From a virus: a stretch of DNA of 64,000 nucleotides. The stretch covers positions 32,001 through 96,000 of IMG/VR virus record IMGVR_UViG_3300042889_001061; one strand, written 5' to 3'. This document shows positions 38,716 to 47,809 of the stretch, piece after piece. The stretch's first letter is position 1, and every line of letters begins with the position of its first letter. The position numbers were made by a program, and so were the translations under genes. The notes beneath the pieces are model-generated. The model did not search any database, had not been told where the DNA came from, and saw only the letters and a list, made by a program, of their open reading frames with translations.

Positions 38716-38801
38716 GAAGATATTCATTGATTTGTGAGTCATAAGACTATATAATAGTGTACAGACAATAGTTTGTACATTACACACATAGAGAGAAAAT
38801 T

Positions 38802-39062
38802 ATGAGCACAAATGGCTATGAAATTCGTCTTGAACTACTCAAGATGTCAAAAGAAATGCTAGAGCAAGACTGGCATGCAAATCGCGAGACGCTTCAGCGT
38901 CAATGGGAACAAGAGGTTAATCTGGTCCAGATCCGAGCACAAGCGTCCGATCAACCAGTTGAATCGATTCCTACACAACCAACCTTCCGACCTTTTCCTA
39001 CAGAAGAAGAGATCATCAAGAAGGCCAAGGTCTTAAACGAGTTTGTTGCCCAACGAGCATAA
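38802..39062 (+). CDS. Conserved phage hypothetical protein
   Basis: YEIRLELLKM..FPTEEEII.KA..L..FV. Confidence 0.7.
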   Translation: MSTNGYEIRLELLKMSKEMLEQDWHANRETLQRQWEQEVNLVQIRAQASDQPVESIPTQPTFRPFPTEEEIIKKAKVLNEFVAQRA

Positions 39063-39081
39063 ACGGTTAAACTGACCACTA

Positions 39082-39118
39082 AAACGGAGAAATGCACTAT
39101 TGCTTTCTCCGTTTTTTT
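39082..39118 (+). terminator. Rho-independent terminator
   Basis: aaaacggagaaa/tttctccgtttt. Confidence 0.8.
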
Positions 39119-39184
39119 GTTGTATAATAGTTTTACGTTGTTAAAGTTAACAGCGACGATTTTAACATTTAAAGGAAAATTAAA

Positions 39185-39445
39185 ATGAACGTTACTACAA
39201 AATCAGGCAAGTTGCTAGAAGCATTGCAATCTGGTGAGAAGTTGACAGCCAAGCAGATCTCTGCTCGCTTTGGTATTAAAAACCCAACAGCAACCGTAAG
39301 CGATCTACGCTTCAGCGGTTATGCAATTTATGCTAATCAGCATAAAGATACTAATGGTCGTCAGACCACTAAGTATCGCTTGGGCAATCCAAGCCGCCGT
39401 ATTGTAGCCGCAGGCTACCGTGCTATGGCAGGTGGCCTAGTCTAA
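39185..39445 (+). CDS. Winged-helix DNA-binding protein
   Basis: LTAKQISARFGIKNPTATVSDLR..GY.I. Confidence 0.75.
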   Translation: MNVTTKSGKLLEALQSGEKLTAKQISARFGIKNPTATVSDLRFSGYAIYANQHKDTNGRQTTKYRLGNPSRRIVAAGYRAMAGGLV

Positions 39446-39466
39446 TCTAGACTTAGGTTAGTAAAT

Positions 39467-39494
39467 AAAAGGATACAGAGATGTATCCTTTTTT
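39467..39494 (+). terminator. Rho-independent terminator
   Basis: aaaaggatac-agagat-gtatcctttt. Confidence 0.75.
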
Positions 39495-39506
39495 CACGAG
39501 TGCAAT

Positions 39507-40031
39507 ATGGATTTAAAGCAAATAATTAGAACAGTGAATGATTTTCCTAAACCAGGAGTTAAGTTTTTAGATGTAACTAGTATACTAGAAAATCCAATGG
39601 CATTTAGAAAAACAATTAATTGGCTGATTAAAGTAGCGGCAGCTCATGAAATTGAAAGTATCGTAGCAATTGATGCTCGGGGATTTATTTGGGCGGGCGC
39701 TGTTGCCAATGAACTACGTTGTCCATTACATCTTGCACGGAAGCCAAGCAAGCTACCTGGCAATATAGTTACTAACACCTACGACACAGAATACAGTACT
39801 GCCAGCTTGAGCATGTTAAAAGACATAAAAATTAAAGGTCCAGTAATGATCATAGATGACATACTGGCCACTGGCGGAACATTAAATGCCGTTGGAGAAA
39901 TGCTACATCGAGAATTTCAAATCGAGCCCGAGAATCAAATCCATACTGTAATTGCCAACTTAGATTTTCTACCCGGTAAACAGTTTTTAATCGATAAAGG
40001 TTATATAGTCAAGAATTTGATTAATTACTGA
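39507..40031 (+). CDS. apt: Adenine phosphoribosyltransferase
   Basis: DFPKPGVKFLD, DARGF, RKPSKLPG, IIDDILATGGT. Confidence 0.93.
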   Translation: MDLKQIIRTVNDFPKPGVKFLDVTSILENPMAFRKTINWLIKVAAAHEIESIVAIDARGFIWAGAVANELRCPLHLARKPSKLPGNIVTNTYDTEYSTASLSMLKDIKIKGPVMIIDDILATGGTLNAVGEMLHREFQIEPENQIHTVIANLDFLPGKQFLIDKGYIVKNLINY

Positions 40032-40879
40032 CCAACTCTAATTTTATGTCTGTCAACGGCAGAACGGCACCACAGCATGGGACACGCAAAAGACAAGTCA
40101 GGTGCTTGCCAATCCTCGTCAAATACGTTTCTTATATCCCTGCCACCGCATTCACTGCCAGATGCAAAGCCTTTATGACTGATGCGTAAAAAATCAATGC
40201 CTGCATAACATTGTTTTCCTGTATAGCTAGGACTGTTGTCTTTAGGAGGCTCGTTCAACGGAATGTACACAGGAGCCTGTATGACCACAGGTACTTGATA
40301 ATCTTCAGGCAAGCCCTGTATTAAATTAATATCTTTAATACTGTAACCTGACCAATAATTATTTCCATCTTCATTTTTTAAAATTTGTTCCTCTACTCCA
40401 ATTTCTAGGCTAGATAACTCAACAACTTTTTCCCTGCATTCTTTGATCTTACCAGGCATTAATGGTACCATAATTCTTATTTTTTTATCATTTTCTTTAC
40501 ACAAGTCGACGATATATTCTAACACGCTTGAGTTTTGCCAATGATGATGTGTTACCTTTAAGTAGTCTACATAGTTGATAATTTCCATTACTCCAAACCA
40601 ACTGTCTCCACCAGATGTGTCCAATCTAACATAAGATTCTTTTTCTTTTATTTTTCTAAGTAATAAATTTAAGTTGGGGAAATGCAAGGGCTCGCCGCCA
40701 CTTAATGTCCATTTAATTTTATCACCGTGCTGATATCTAGTTTGTTGTAGCTTTTCCACCACGCCTAAATATTGATCTAAAGTTCGAGTTAATTCGCCAC
40801 CACTCCATTTACTGGGGCAGTATTCACAGTCATGTTCGCAATAACTATTGAGTTTCCAGTTGATTTCTAAGGTTTTCAT
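40025..40879 (-). CDS. Radical SAM protein
   Basis: CEHDCEYC, SGGEP, C-terminal CYAG...C..C....C. Confidence 0.85.
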   Translation of the reverse strand: MKTLEINWKLNSYCEHDCEYCPSKWSGGELTRTLDQYLGVVEKLQQTRYQHGDKIKWTLSGGEPLHFPNLNLLLRKIKEKESYVRLDTSGGDSWFGVMEIINYVDYLKVTHHHWQNSSVLEYIVDLCKENDKKIRIMVPLMPGKIKECREKVVELSSLEIGVEEQILKNEDGNNYWSGYSIKDINLIQGLPEDYQVPVVIQAPVYIPLNEPPKDNSPSYTGKQCYAGIDFLRISHKGFASGSECGGRDIRNVFDEDWQAPDLSFACPMLWCRSAVDRHKIRVGQ

Positions 40880-40990
40880 ACACTTATTTAACCTTTACCG
40901 TTGACATATGAAGTTTAAACAGTGTATAATACATATTGATAACATTAAAGTAGTAGTAAGAACTTTTCTGTTATGCACTAAATAAACTAC

Positions 40991-42370
40991 ATGGCATTTT
41001 TATTATTTTTTACAGCATTTGTCCTAAGCGGCATTGCGGCATATTACAGCGTTATCGGTTTAATTGCAATCTTTTCAGCGGCAGTAATACCTGTTGCGAT
41101 TATGGGTGGCAGTTTAGAAGCGGCCAAACTAGTTGTGGCTAGTTGGCTGTATCGATATTGGAAAAGTATTCCTTTCTTAATGAAAGCATACTTTACATCG
41201 GCATTGGTTATCCTTATGCTGATCACAAGTATGGGTATCTTTGGTTTCTTGAGTAAAGCACACAGTGACCAAAGTTTAGTCAGTGGCGACGTAACTGCAA
41301 AAATTGCAGTCTACGATGAAAAAATCAAAACAGCAAAAGAGAACATAGATGCAAATCGCAAAGCACTTAAACAAATGGATGAAGCAGTTGACCAAGTCAT
41401 GGGTCGCAGTACATCAGAAACGGGTGCCGATAAAGCCGTGGCTCTCCGTAGGAGTCAACAAAAGGAACGTGGGCGTCTCATTACTGAAATCGAAGCTTAC
41501 CAGAAAACAGTTAGCGTACTTGCTGAACAGCGAGCGCCGATTGCCGCAGAAGTCCGCAAAGTAGAAGCTGAAGTAGGACCCATCAAATATATTGCCGCTA
41601 TGATATATGGCGACAATCCTGATGAGAATAGTTTAGAACGTAGTGTACGTTGGTTGATTATTTTATTGATTGCAGTATTTGATCCATTAGCAGTTCTTAT
41701 GCTGATAGCCGCTAATTTAACAATGATTAAACAAAAAGAGTGGCGAGAAAAATCAGCTTACGAAAAAGATGATGGACCATTAACAGAAGAACAAGTTGAT
41801 CAAATTAAAGAATCTGTAAAAGAAGATTTACCTACAGGTGAAGTTACTACCAAGTCAGAACTTTTTCCAGAAGTTGAAAAATCTATGCTGGATACACATC
41901 CTTACTTATACAAGCCGTTTGTTCATTTTAGAGATACCACACCTATAGTAGCTGAAAAAATAATAGAAGAGCCCGAACTAAAAATAGAGGAAGTTACTCA
42001 TGATGATATGGAACAAATTAAAGATACAACTAACGAAGTTGGCCTGTCAGTGGTTGTTGAAGAACCACCAAGAACACCAGAAACTAATAAACAAGATGCT
42101 GGTTCCGGCTTTACTCCCAAGCCAGCAGTGGAAACAATGGGAATAGACGCTCCAGCCAAAAAACCCCGGACCTCCAAAAAAAAAGTTGATGTAGAACAGG
42201 TCAATGAAGATAAATCTAATAGTGTCAGCGTAGAAGATCAAGTTAACTCAATGATTGAAAATAATGACACTACTGGATTAGAATCTATATATAAACAAAT
42301 AGTAAAAGAGCTAGCAACAAAAAACCGCAGTAAAAGTACACACTGGGGACCTTTAAAAACTAAAAAATGA
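40991..42370 (+). CDS. Membrane protein with coiled-coil and acidic tail
   Basis: Three N-terminal TMs, coiled coil, GPIKYIA...FDPLAV TM. Confidence 0.7.
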   Translation: MAFLLFFTAFVLSGIAAYYSVIGLIAIFSAAVIPVAIMGGSLEAAKLVVASWLYRYWKSIPFLMKAYFTSALVILMLITSMGIFGFLSKAHSDQSLVSGDVTAKIAVYDEKIKTAKENIDANRKALKQMDEAVDQVMGRSTSETGADKAVALRRSQQKERGRLITEIEAYQKTVSVLAEQRAPIAAEVRKVEAEVGPIKYIAAMIYGDNPDENSLERSVRWLIILLIAVFDPLAVLMLIAANLTMIKQKEWREKSAYEKDDGPLTEEQVDQIKESVKEDLPTGEVTTKSELFPEVEKSMLDTHPYLYKPFVHFRDTTPIVAEKIIEEPELKIEEVTHDDMEQIKDTTNEVGLSVVVEEPPRTPETNKQDAGSGFTPKPAVETMGIDAPAKKPRTSKKKVDVEQVNEDKSNSVSVEDQVNSMIENNDTTGLESIYKQIVKELATKNRSKSTHWGPLKTKK

Positions 42371-42795
42371 CAGACGAAACACAACATTATTACATCACTC
42401 CCCCTACTTTATTTTTACCTCCTGCGGGTCTTAGAGTATCATTAATCGGTGTCGACGAAGATTGGATTGACAATATGAGTGACGAACTAGAGGATACTTT
42501 ACCCAGTATTCCTATGACGTTTTATCATTTGGATACCAAAACATCAGATCAATGGCAATGGCAATATCATATGATGGAACAAAGCAATCTTATTGTGGTC
42601 AATGTTGCACGTAGCTTGTCCATTGATTTATTGTTATCCTTTTTACATATGGGCGACAACAAAATTTGGTTCTTTGTTGACCCAGAAGAAGTAGACAAAA
42701 ACATTATGATATTATTAAATACTATTAATGCAAATGTGTTTTCTAGTTCGGATGAATTTCATAGTATGTTAACAGCGTTTATTGGTAATGCCTAA
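42367..42795 (+). CDS. Hypothetical protein
   Basis: ORF in operon. Confidence 0.55.
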   Translation: MTDETQHYYITPPTLFLPPAGLRVSLIGVDEDWIDNMSDELEDTLPSIPMTFYHLDTKTSDQWQWQYHMMEQSNLIVVNVARSLSIDLLLSFLHMGDNKIWFFVDPEEVDKNIMILLNTINANVFSSSDEFHSMLTAFIGNA

Positions 42796-44020
42796 TCAAC
42801 CATTGATGAAATGCAGTTTCTGTGAAAAATCGCAGAACGAAGTAAAAAAACTTGTTGCAGGTGCAACTGGTTACATCTGCGATGAATGTATTGTATTGTG
42901 CAATGAAGTCATCAAAGATGATTTAATCAAATCGTCGTCTAAAGACAATAAACTTCCCACTCCTCGAGAAATATTTGATCATCTTGATCAGTATGTTATT
43001 GGACAGGATCTTCCCAAATTAACTATGAGTGTGGCAGTGTACAATCACTACAAGCGATTGTTTAACAAAAGCGATGTAGAGATTGAAAAGAGCAATGTAT
43101 TATTAATTGGTCCAACTGGCAGTGGTAAAACATTATTGGCTAAAAGTATTGCTAGATTCCTGGATGTGCCTTTTGCTATCACAGATGCTACAAGTTTAAC
43201 AGAAGCAGGCTATGTTGGTGAAGATGTTGAAAACGTTATTCATAAATTATATCAGGCGGCAGATCAAAACATCGAACGCTGTGAACAGGGCATTATCTAT
43301 ATTGACGAAATAGATAAAAAAGGACGCAAGAGTGAAGGTACTAGTATTACTCGTGATGTATCGGGCGAAGGCGTACAGCAAGCATTGTTAAAGATCATCG
43401 AAGGCACAGAATGTCGTGTACCAAGTGGAGGCGGCCGTAAACATCCCGGTGGCGAAACATTAACTATTAACACTAAGAATATTTTGTTTATTCTAGGTGG
43501 AGCATTTGTAGGTCTAGAAGAAATTATTAACAAACGGGTAAATACAAAATCTACCATGGGCTTTGTAGGAAGTCCTGTTAAAGAAAAAACATCGTTGGCG
43601 GGTGTTACATCCAGTGATGTTATCAAATGGGGTATGATTCCTGAGCTTGTGGGACGTATGCCACAGATTGCTGTATTAGAAGAACTCACAGAAGAACAAC
43701 TTGTACGAGCAATGACCGAACCGAAGAACAGCTTGGTCAGTCAATATCAAAGTCTATTCAAAATGGACAATGTCGAATTGACCATAGACGATCGAGCGGC
43801 ATTGGCCATTGCAGTCAAATGCACTGAAATGAAATTAGGAGCACGTGGTTTACGTGCAGAGCTAGAAAGTATACTGCTTAAAACGCAGTTTGTATTACCT
43901 GACTTGGCAGCAGAGAATGTCACGAAAGTTACAATTACAGAGGAAACAGTAACACATGGTAAAGAACCACTATTAATATATGGCAAACGAAAGACAAAAC
44001 GAGAACAGAATTCTCAGTAA
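42788..44020 (+). CDS. clpX: ATP-dependent Clp protease ATPase subunit
   Basis: CSFC..ICDEC zinc domain, GPTGSGKT, DATSLTEAGYVGEDVE, RDVSGEGVQQALLK, RKH, MGF loop. Confidence 0.96.
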   Translation: MPNQPLMKCSFCEKSQNEVKKLVAGATGYICDECIVLCNEVIKDDLIKSSSKDNKLPTPREIFDHLDQYVIGQDLPKLTMSVAVYNHYKRLFNKSDVEIEKSNVLLIGPTGSGKTLLAKSIARFLDVPFAITDATSLTEAGYVGEDVENVIHKLYQAADQNIERCEQGIIYIDEIDKKGRKSEGTSITRDVSGEGVQQALLKIIEGTECRVPSGGGRKHPGGETLTINTKNILFILGGAFVGLEEIINKRVNTKSTMGFVGSPVKEKTSLAGVTSSDVIKWGMIPELVGRMPQIAVLEELTEEQLVRAMTEPKNSLVSQYQSLFKMDNVELTIDDRAALAIAVKCTEMKLGARGLRAELESILLKTQFVLPDLAAENVTKVTITEETVTHGKEPLLIYGKRKTKREQNSQ

Positions 44021-44510
44021 TCGCGAAATCAGAAGTCGCGATGTTCGTCTAATCAACGAAGATGGAAGTAACGGAGGAGTCGTACCGTTCTTCACTGCAT
44101 TGAACTTAGCGCAGAATCAAGGACTTGACTTGATTCAAATCAATGCTACGACTAATCCTCCGGTTTGCAAAATAGGTGACTTGGGTAAGTACAAATACGA
44201 AGCGCAGAAGAAACAAAACGAGCAAAATAAAAAGAACAGAGAGAATCGTGTGGACATCAAAGAAGTGCAACTTCGTCCTGCGATTGATACACATGATTTG
44301 GATATTAAAGTAAATAAGATCAAGGAGTGGATTGCCGACGGAGATAAAGTTAAAGTTGTAATTCGTTTCCGTGGACGAGAAATGGCCAACCAATCAGTTG
44401 GATTTAAATTAATCGAACACATTATAGCAACAGTACCGAGTGCTAAAGTTGAAGGCCGTAGCGAAATTCAGGGCAATAGACTTACTGCTATAATCAGTCA
44501 AGCAAAGTGA
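43980..44510 (+). CDS. infC: Translation initiation factor IF-3
   Basis: NREIR..VRLI, PPVCKI.D.GKYKYE, KEVQLRP.ID.HD, FRGRE. Confidence 0.95.
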   Translation: MANERQNENRILSNREIRSRDVRLINEDGSNGGVVPFFTALNLAQNQGLDLIQINATTNPPVCKIGDLGKYKYEAQKKQNEQNKKNRENRVDIKEVQLRPAIDTHDLDIKVNKIKEWIADGDKVKVVIRFRGREMANQSVGFKLIEHIIATVPSAKVEGRSEIQGNRLTAIISQAK

Positions 44511-44517
44511 GATAAAC

Positions 44518-44754
44518 ATGGCAAGAAAAGATGGCCCATTAATGGGCAGTAAAGTTATTGTACAAAACGATAACTGGGAAAAGGCATTACGCACTTTTAA
44601 GAAAAAGATTCTTGAAAGCGGTAAACTAATCGAACTTAAAGAAAAAGAGTTCTATGAAAAGCCAACGACTAAGCGTCGTAAGAATAAAAATCAACAAATT
44701 CGCCGGGCACAAAAGAAGCGCGAAGCAGAAGCACTACCGAAAAAAATGTATTGA
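44518..44754 (+). CDS. rpsU: Ribosomal protein bS21
   Basis: EKALRTFKKK..ESG...EFYEKPTTKR. Confidence 0.92.
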   Translation: MARKDGPLMGSKVIVQNDNWEKALRTFKKKILESGKLIELKEKEFYEKPTTKRRKNKNQQIRRAQKKREAEALPKKMY

Positions 44755-44755
44755 T

Positions 44756-45133
44756 ATGAATGACGATACTATAACTATTGATTTGAGTGAGGTCAAACCC
44801 GTAGAATTCTCATGGAACGAAAGTGACATGAGCACTAGTTTTATAGCACAGGATGTTGGAACAGCTTATACTATATTAGGTAATAATCCTAATACTGTTA
44901 CACTAAACAGTGGAATTAGTATTACAACTACAGGCATTGCCGCCAGCGGCAGCTATACCATTTCAACACCCTATGATGACATGGAACAGCGTTTAGCGAG
45001 ATTGGAAAAGATCATAGCTGAAGAAGACGAAGTTCGCAAGAATCATCCTGCTGTTCAAATGGCCTATGATGAGTATCGTTTGTTATACATTTTGGCAAAG
45101 AAAAATGCCGGCGACTACTTGACAGACGAGTGA
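44756..45133 (+). CDS. Hypothetical protein
   Basis: ORF; C-terminal RL..LE...HPA...AY.EY. Confidence 0.55.
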   Translation: MNDDTITIDLSEVKPVEFSWNESDMSTSFIAQDVGTAYTILGNNPNTVTLNSGISITTTGIAASGSYTISTPYDDMEQRLARLEKIIAEEDEVRKNHPAVQMAYDEYRLLYILAKKNAGDYLTDE

Positions 45134-45162
45134 TATTTTAGTATAATACAAGATAAATAATA

Positions 45163-45239
45163 TTGTACAGTGCCAAGAGGGCTGTACAGTTAGGGCATGT
45201 AGCCCAAAACGTTCTTGCTTATTTAAGGAGAAAATTATG
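45163..45239 (+). promoter_or_regulatory. ROSE-like RNA thermometer
   Basis: Three hairpins; last one has TTGCT pairing with AGGAG SD, upstream of sHSP. Confidence 0.75.
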
Positions 45240-45677
45240 AACGCATTAACACGATTTGACACAGCCGCTTTACAGCAAATGAATAAAGCACTTATTGGAT
45301 TTGACCGCTTGTTTACAGAACGAGCATACACTACAAATCCAACTTACCCTCCATACAATATCATTAAGAAAAGTGAAGACAACTACGAAATCGAAGTAGC
45401 AGTTGCTGGCTTTACACTTGATGAAATTGATGTAGAAGTCAATCAAAACCAACTTATTATTCGTGGACAAAGCCAGCGTGATGCTGACGCTGAAGTCGAA
45501 TACTTACATAGAGGTCTTGCTAATAGAGACTTCGAAAAAGTACTTACATTAGCAGAACACATGCAAGTGGGTGACGCTAGTATCAAGGATGGAGTTCTTA
45601 GAGTAGAAATAACTAGGATTGTACCTGAGGCATTAAAACCTCGCAAAATCAACGTTATCGGCATCGATAAGAACTAA
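45237..45677 (+). CDS. Small heat shock protein (IbpA/Hsp20)
   Basis: IGFDRLF, YPPYNI, AVAGF, YLHRGLA.R.F, DGVL, PRKI. Confidence 0.95.
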   Translation: MNALTRFDTAALQQMNKALIGFDRLFTERAYTTNPTYPPYNIIKKSEDNYEIEVAVAGFTLDEIDVEVNQNQLIIRGQSQRDADAEVEYLHRGLANRDFEKVLTLAEHMQVGDASIKDGVLRVEITRIVPEALKPRKINVIGIDKN

Positions 45678-45732
45678 AGCGTAAGATGGGGGACATTTCG
45701 TCCCCCTGATAAATACTAATACAAGGAATAAA

Positions 45733-46035
45733 ATGACTTTAATGGCAACAGAAACTTCTCAAACTACAAAAATCGTTATTAAAAAACCTAGCTTATATAA
45801 GGTTATTTTTAACAACGACGAAAGCACACCTGCTGATTTTGTCAAGGATTTATTAAAAGCCATTTTCCATCATGATGATATTCGGGCAGAGAATATCACT
45901 ACGGAAATCCATGAACAGGGCAAAGGCGTAGCAGGCATTTATACGTTTGAAGTAGCCGAACAAAAACATCAAGAAGCCATTTATGTAGCCCGCACAAATG
46001 GACACCCACTAAACATTAATTTAGAGTCAGAATAA
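45733..46035 (+). CDS. clpS: ATP-dependent Clp protease adaptor
   Basis: YKVIFNNDESTPADFV, IHEQGKGVAGIY..EVAE, HPL. Confidence 0.9.
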   Translation: MTLMATETSQTTKIVIKKPSLYKVIFNNDESTPADFVKDLLKAIFHHDDIRAENITTEIHEQGKGVAGIYTFEVAEQKHQEAIYVARTNGHPLNINLESE

Positions 46036-46316
46036 TGGATCCCAAAACAAAAGAAGCATTGGACATTCTCCAAGAAGAATGTGCTGAGGTAATCCAAGCT
46101 GTGAGTAAAATCAGCCGCTTTGGATTAGATAATTTAAAACCAGGTAAACCTAAAACTAATAAAGAACATTTAGAAGAGGAACTAGGCGACTTGTTGGCTA
46201 TGGTTGATATCTTATTAGAAAAAGGCATTGTTTCTAAAACATCTCTAGATTCTGCTAATAAAGCTAAAATTGAAAAACTAAAAAAGTGGAGTAATATTTT
46301 TAGTACTGAAGCGTAA
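46035..46316 (+). CDS. MazG-like nucleotide pyrophosphohydrolase
   Basis: EECAEVIQAVSK...LEEELGDL. Confidence 0.8.
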   Translation: MDPKTKEALDILQEECAEVIQAVSKISRFGLDNLKPGKPKTNKEHLEEELGDLLAMVDILLEKGIVSKTSLDSANKAKIEKLKKWSNIFSTEA

Positions 46317-46404
46317 TATCAGTGTTTATACTGAGTAAATATTGCATTGCAACATAAATAGTATTAGTAGAAACCATGAGTTTCTCATACTAAAGGAAAA
46401 CGCA

Positions 46405-46569
46405 ATGACAGCAACAATAGCAAAACTAGTTGAGCGTCTAGCAGAGATGTTTCCAAAAGAGAACTATCAAAGTAAATTAGATGCTTACCTTTCAAATAAA
46501 AACGTTAAAGACATCAGTGAAGTAGAACATTGGACCAAAGAATTTGACCGTAAAGGAAATTACCTATGA
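46405..46569 (+). CDS. Small protein (DUF3563-like)
   Basis: AYLS....DI.E.E pattern; AGGA SD. Confidence 0.45.
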   Translation: MTATIAKLVERLAEMFPKENYQSKLDAYLSNKNVKDISEVEHWTKEFDRKGNYL

Positions 46570-46841
46570 AAAATATTTTAAGCTCAATATATGAAATCTT
46601 CGAAAGCATAGGCAAAGCCAAAACAGCCGCACATTTAACTCGTTGCGGAATGCACGCCGAAGCCAAAGCGTTAATGATGGAGAAATCACTGTGAAATCTA
46701 TTAAAAACTTTCTAAATACAGTTTTTGAAATTTTCATCGAAACACGCAAATTAAAAGCCGAATCTTTTGCTCGTAAATATAGCAAACTATAATTATTTGA
46801 AAACTTAGATATATAGTTTATCCCACCCCCAAGGAGACTGT

Positions 46842-47270
46842 ATGGCCAAGAAGAAGGACATTACCAGAACCAAATTATTCAAAATGGTTCAAAGTTTCGA
46901 CGAGCACGATGCCAAGTTTAGGCCTACGATTTCTGATTGCAGGGAAATCTGGCGTAATATCAATCGCAATGTTTTCAATAACGAACTTAAAATGCCAAGT
47001 TTTAGGTTAGTATATACAAAAGCATTTTGGGGTGAATGCCAGGGTGTTTTAGAAGATCAAACTCGAGTTAAAATGAAAATCAATAAGAGTTTCTTAAGCA
47101 AACGATTATTCATTAATACCATGGCTCATGAAATGGTTCATCAGTGGGAATGGCTAGTTAATGAGAATATGACTCATGGTCCGCAATTCTTTTTATGGCG
47201 AGAGCAATTAACCAACTATAATATCACATTAAGCCGATGTTATAGAATGAAACATTATAGATTAGATTAA
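46842..47270 (+). CDS. SprT-like zinc metalloprotease domain protein
   Basis: TMAHEMVHQW...HGPQF. Confidence 0.8.
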   Translation: MAKKKDITRTKLFKMVQSFDEHDAKFRPTISDCREIWRNINRNVFNNELKMPSFRLVYTKAFWGECQGVLEDQTRVKMKINKSFLSKRLFINTMAHEMVHQWEWLVNENMTHGPQFFLWREQLTNYNITLSRCYRMKHYRLD

Positions 47271-47371
47271 TAATATTATATAGATAATCGAATATAATCA
47301 TTATACGATGGTTATCTACATTAATATTTTAATTGACATAAACTAAATCTTCTGTTATAATAATATTTTAA

Positions 47372-47449
47372 GCAACGGTGGCAGAGCGGCCCAATGCAAC
47401 GGATTGCAAATCCGTAAAACCGGGGGTTCAAATCCCTCCCGTTGCTCCA
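47372..47449 (+). tRNA. tRNA-Cys(GCA)
   Basis: Acceptor GCAACGG/CCGTTGC, anticodon arm ACGGA-TTGCAAA-TCCGT, U73, encoded CCA; own sigma70 promoter. Confidence 0.92.
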
Positions 47450-47492
47450 ATTTTAAATTGGCACAAATTGGTTTCTGTGTTATAATTAATAC

Positions 47493-47807
47493 ATGATGAA
47501 ACGCAAAACACGTACAGATAGAAACCATGCAATATATGTTATCACTAACTCTGTGACAGCAGAGCAGTATGTTGGTGTTACAGTTTGCAGTGGTAACGTC
47601 AAAAAAGCACTGAAAGTTCGTATGCAAAAACACGTTCGTCGTGCTTTAACAGAAAACAAAGACTGGGCATTGTGCAAGAGCATTCGTGCTCATGGCGTTG
47701 ATGCTTTTACATATGGTTTGTTAGAGACACTTCGCGGCAAGGCTCCTGCTCACGCACGTGAACGTGAATTGACCAAGATTCACAGTCCAGTTTTGAACAC
47801 GCTTTAA
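47493..47807 (+). CDS. GIY-YIG-like nuclease domain protein
   Basis: AIYVITN....QYVGVT...R...H...A...E. Confidence 0.7.
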   Translation: MMKRKTRTDRNHAIYVITNSVTAEQYVGVTVCSGNVKKALKVRMQKHVRRALTENKDWALCKSIRAHGVDAFTYGLLETLRGKAPAHARERELTKIHSPVLNTL

Positions 47808-47809
47808 TA

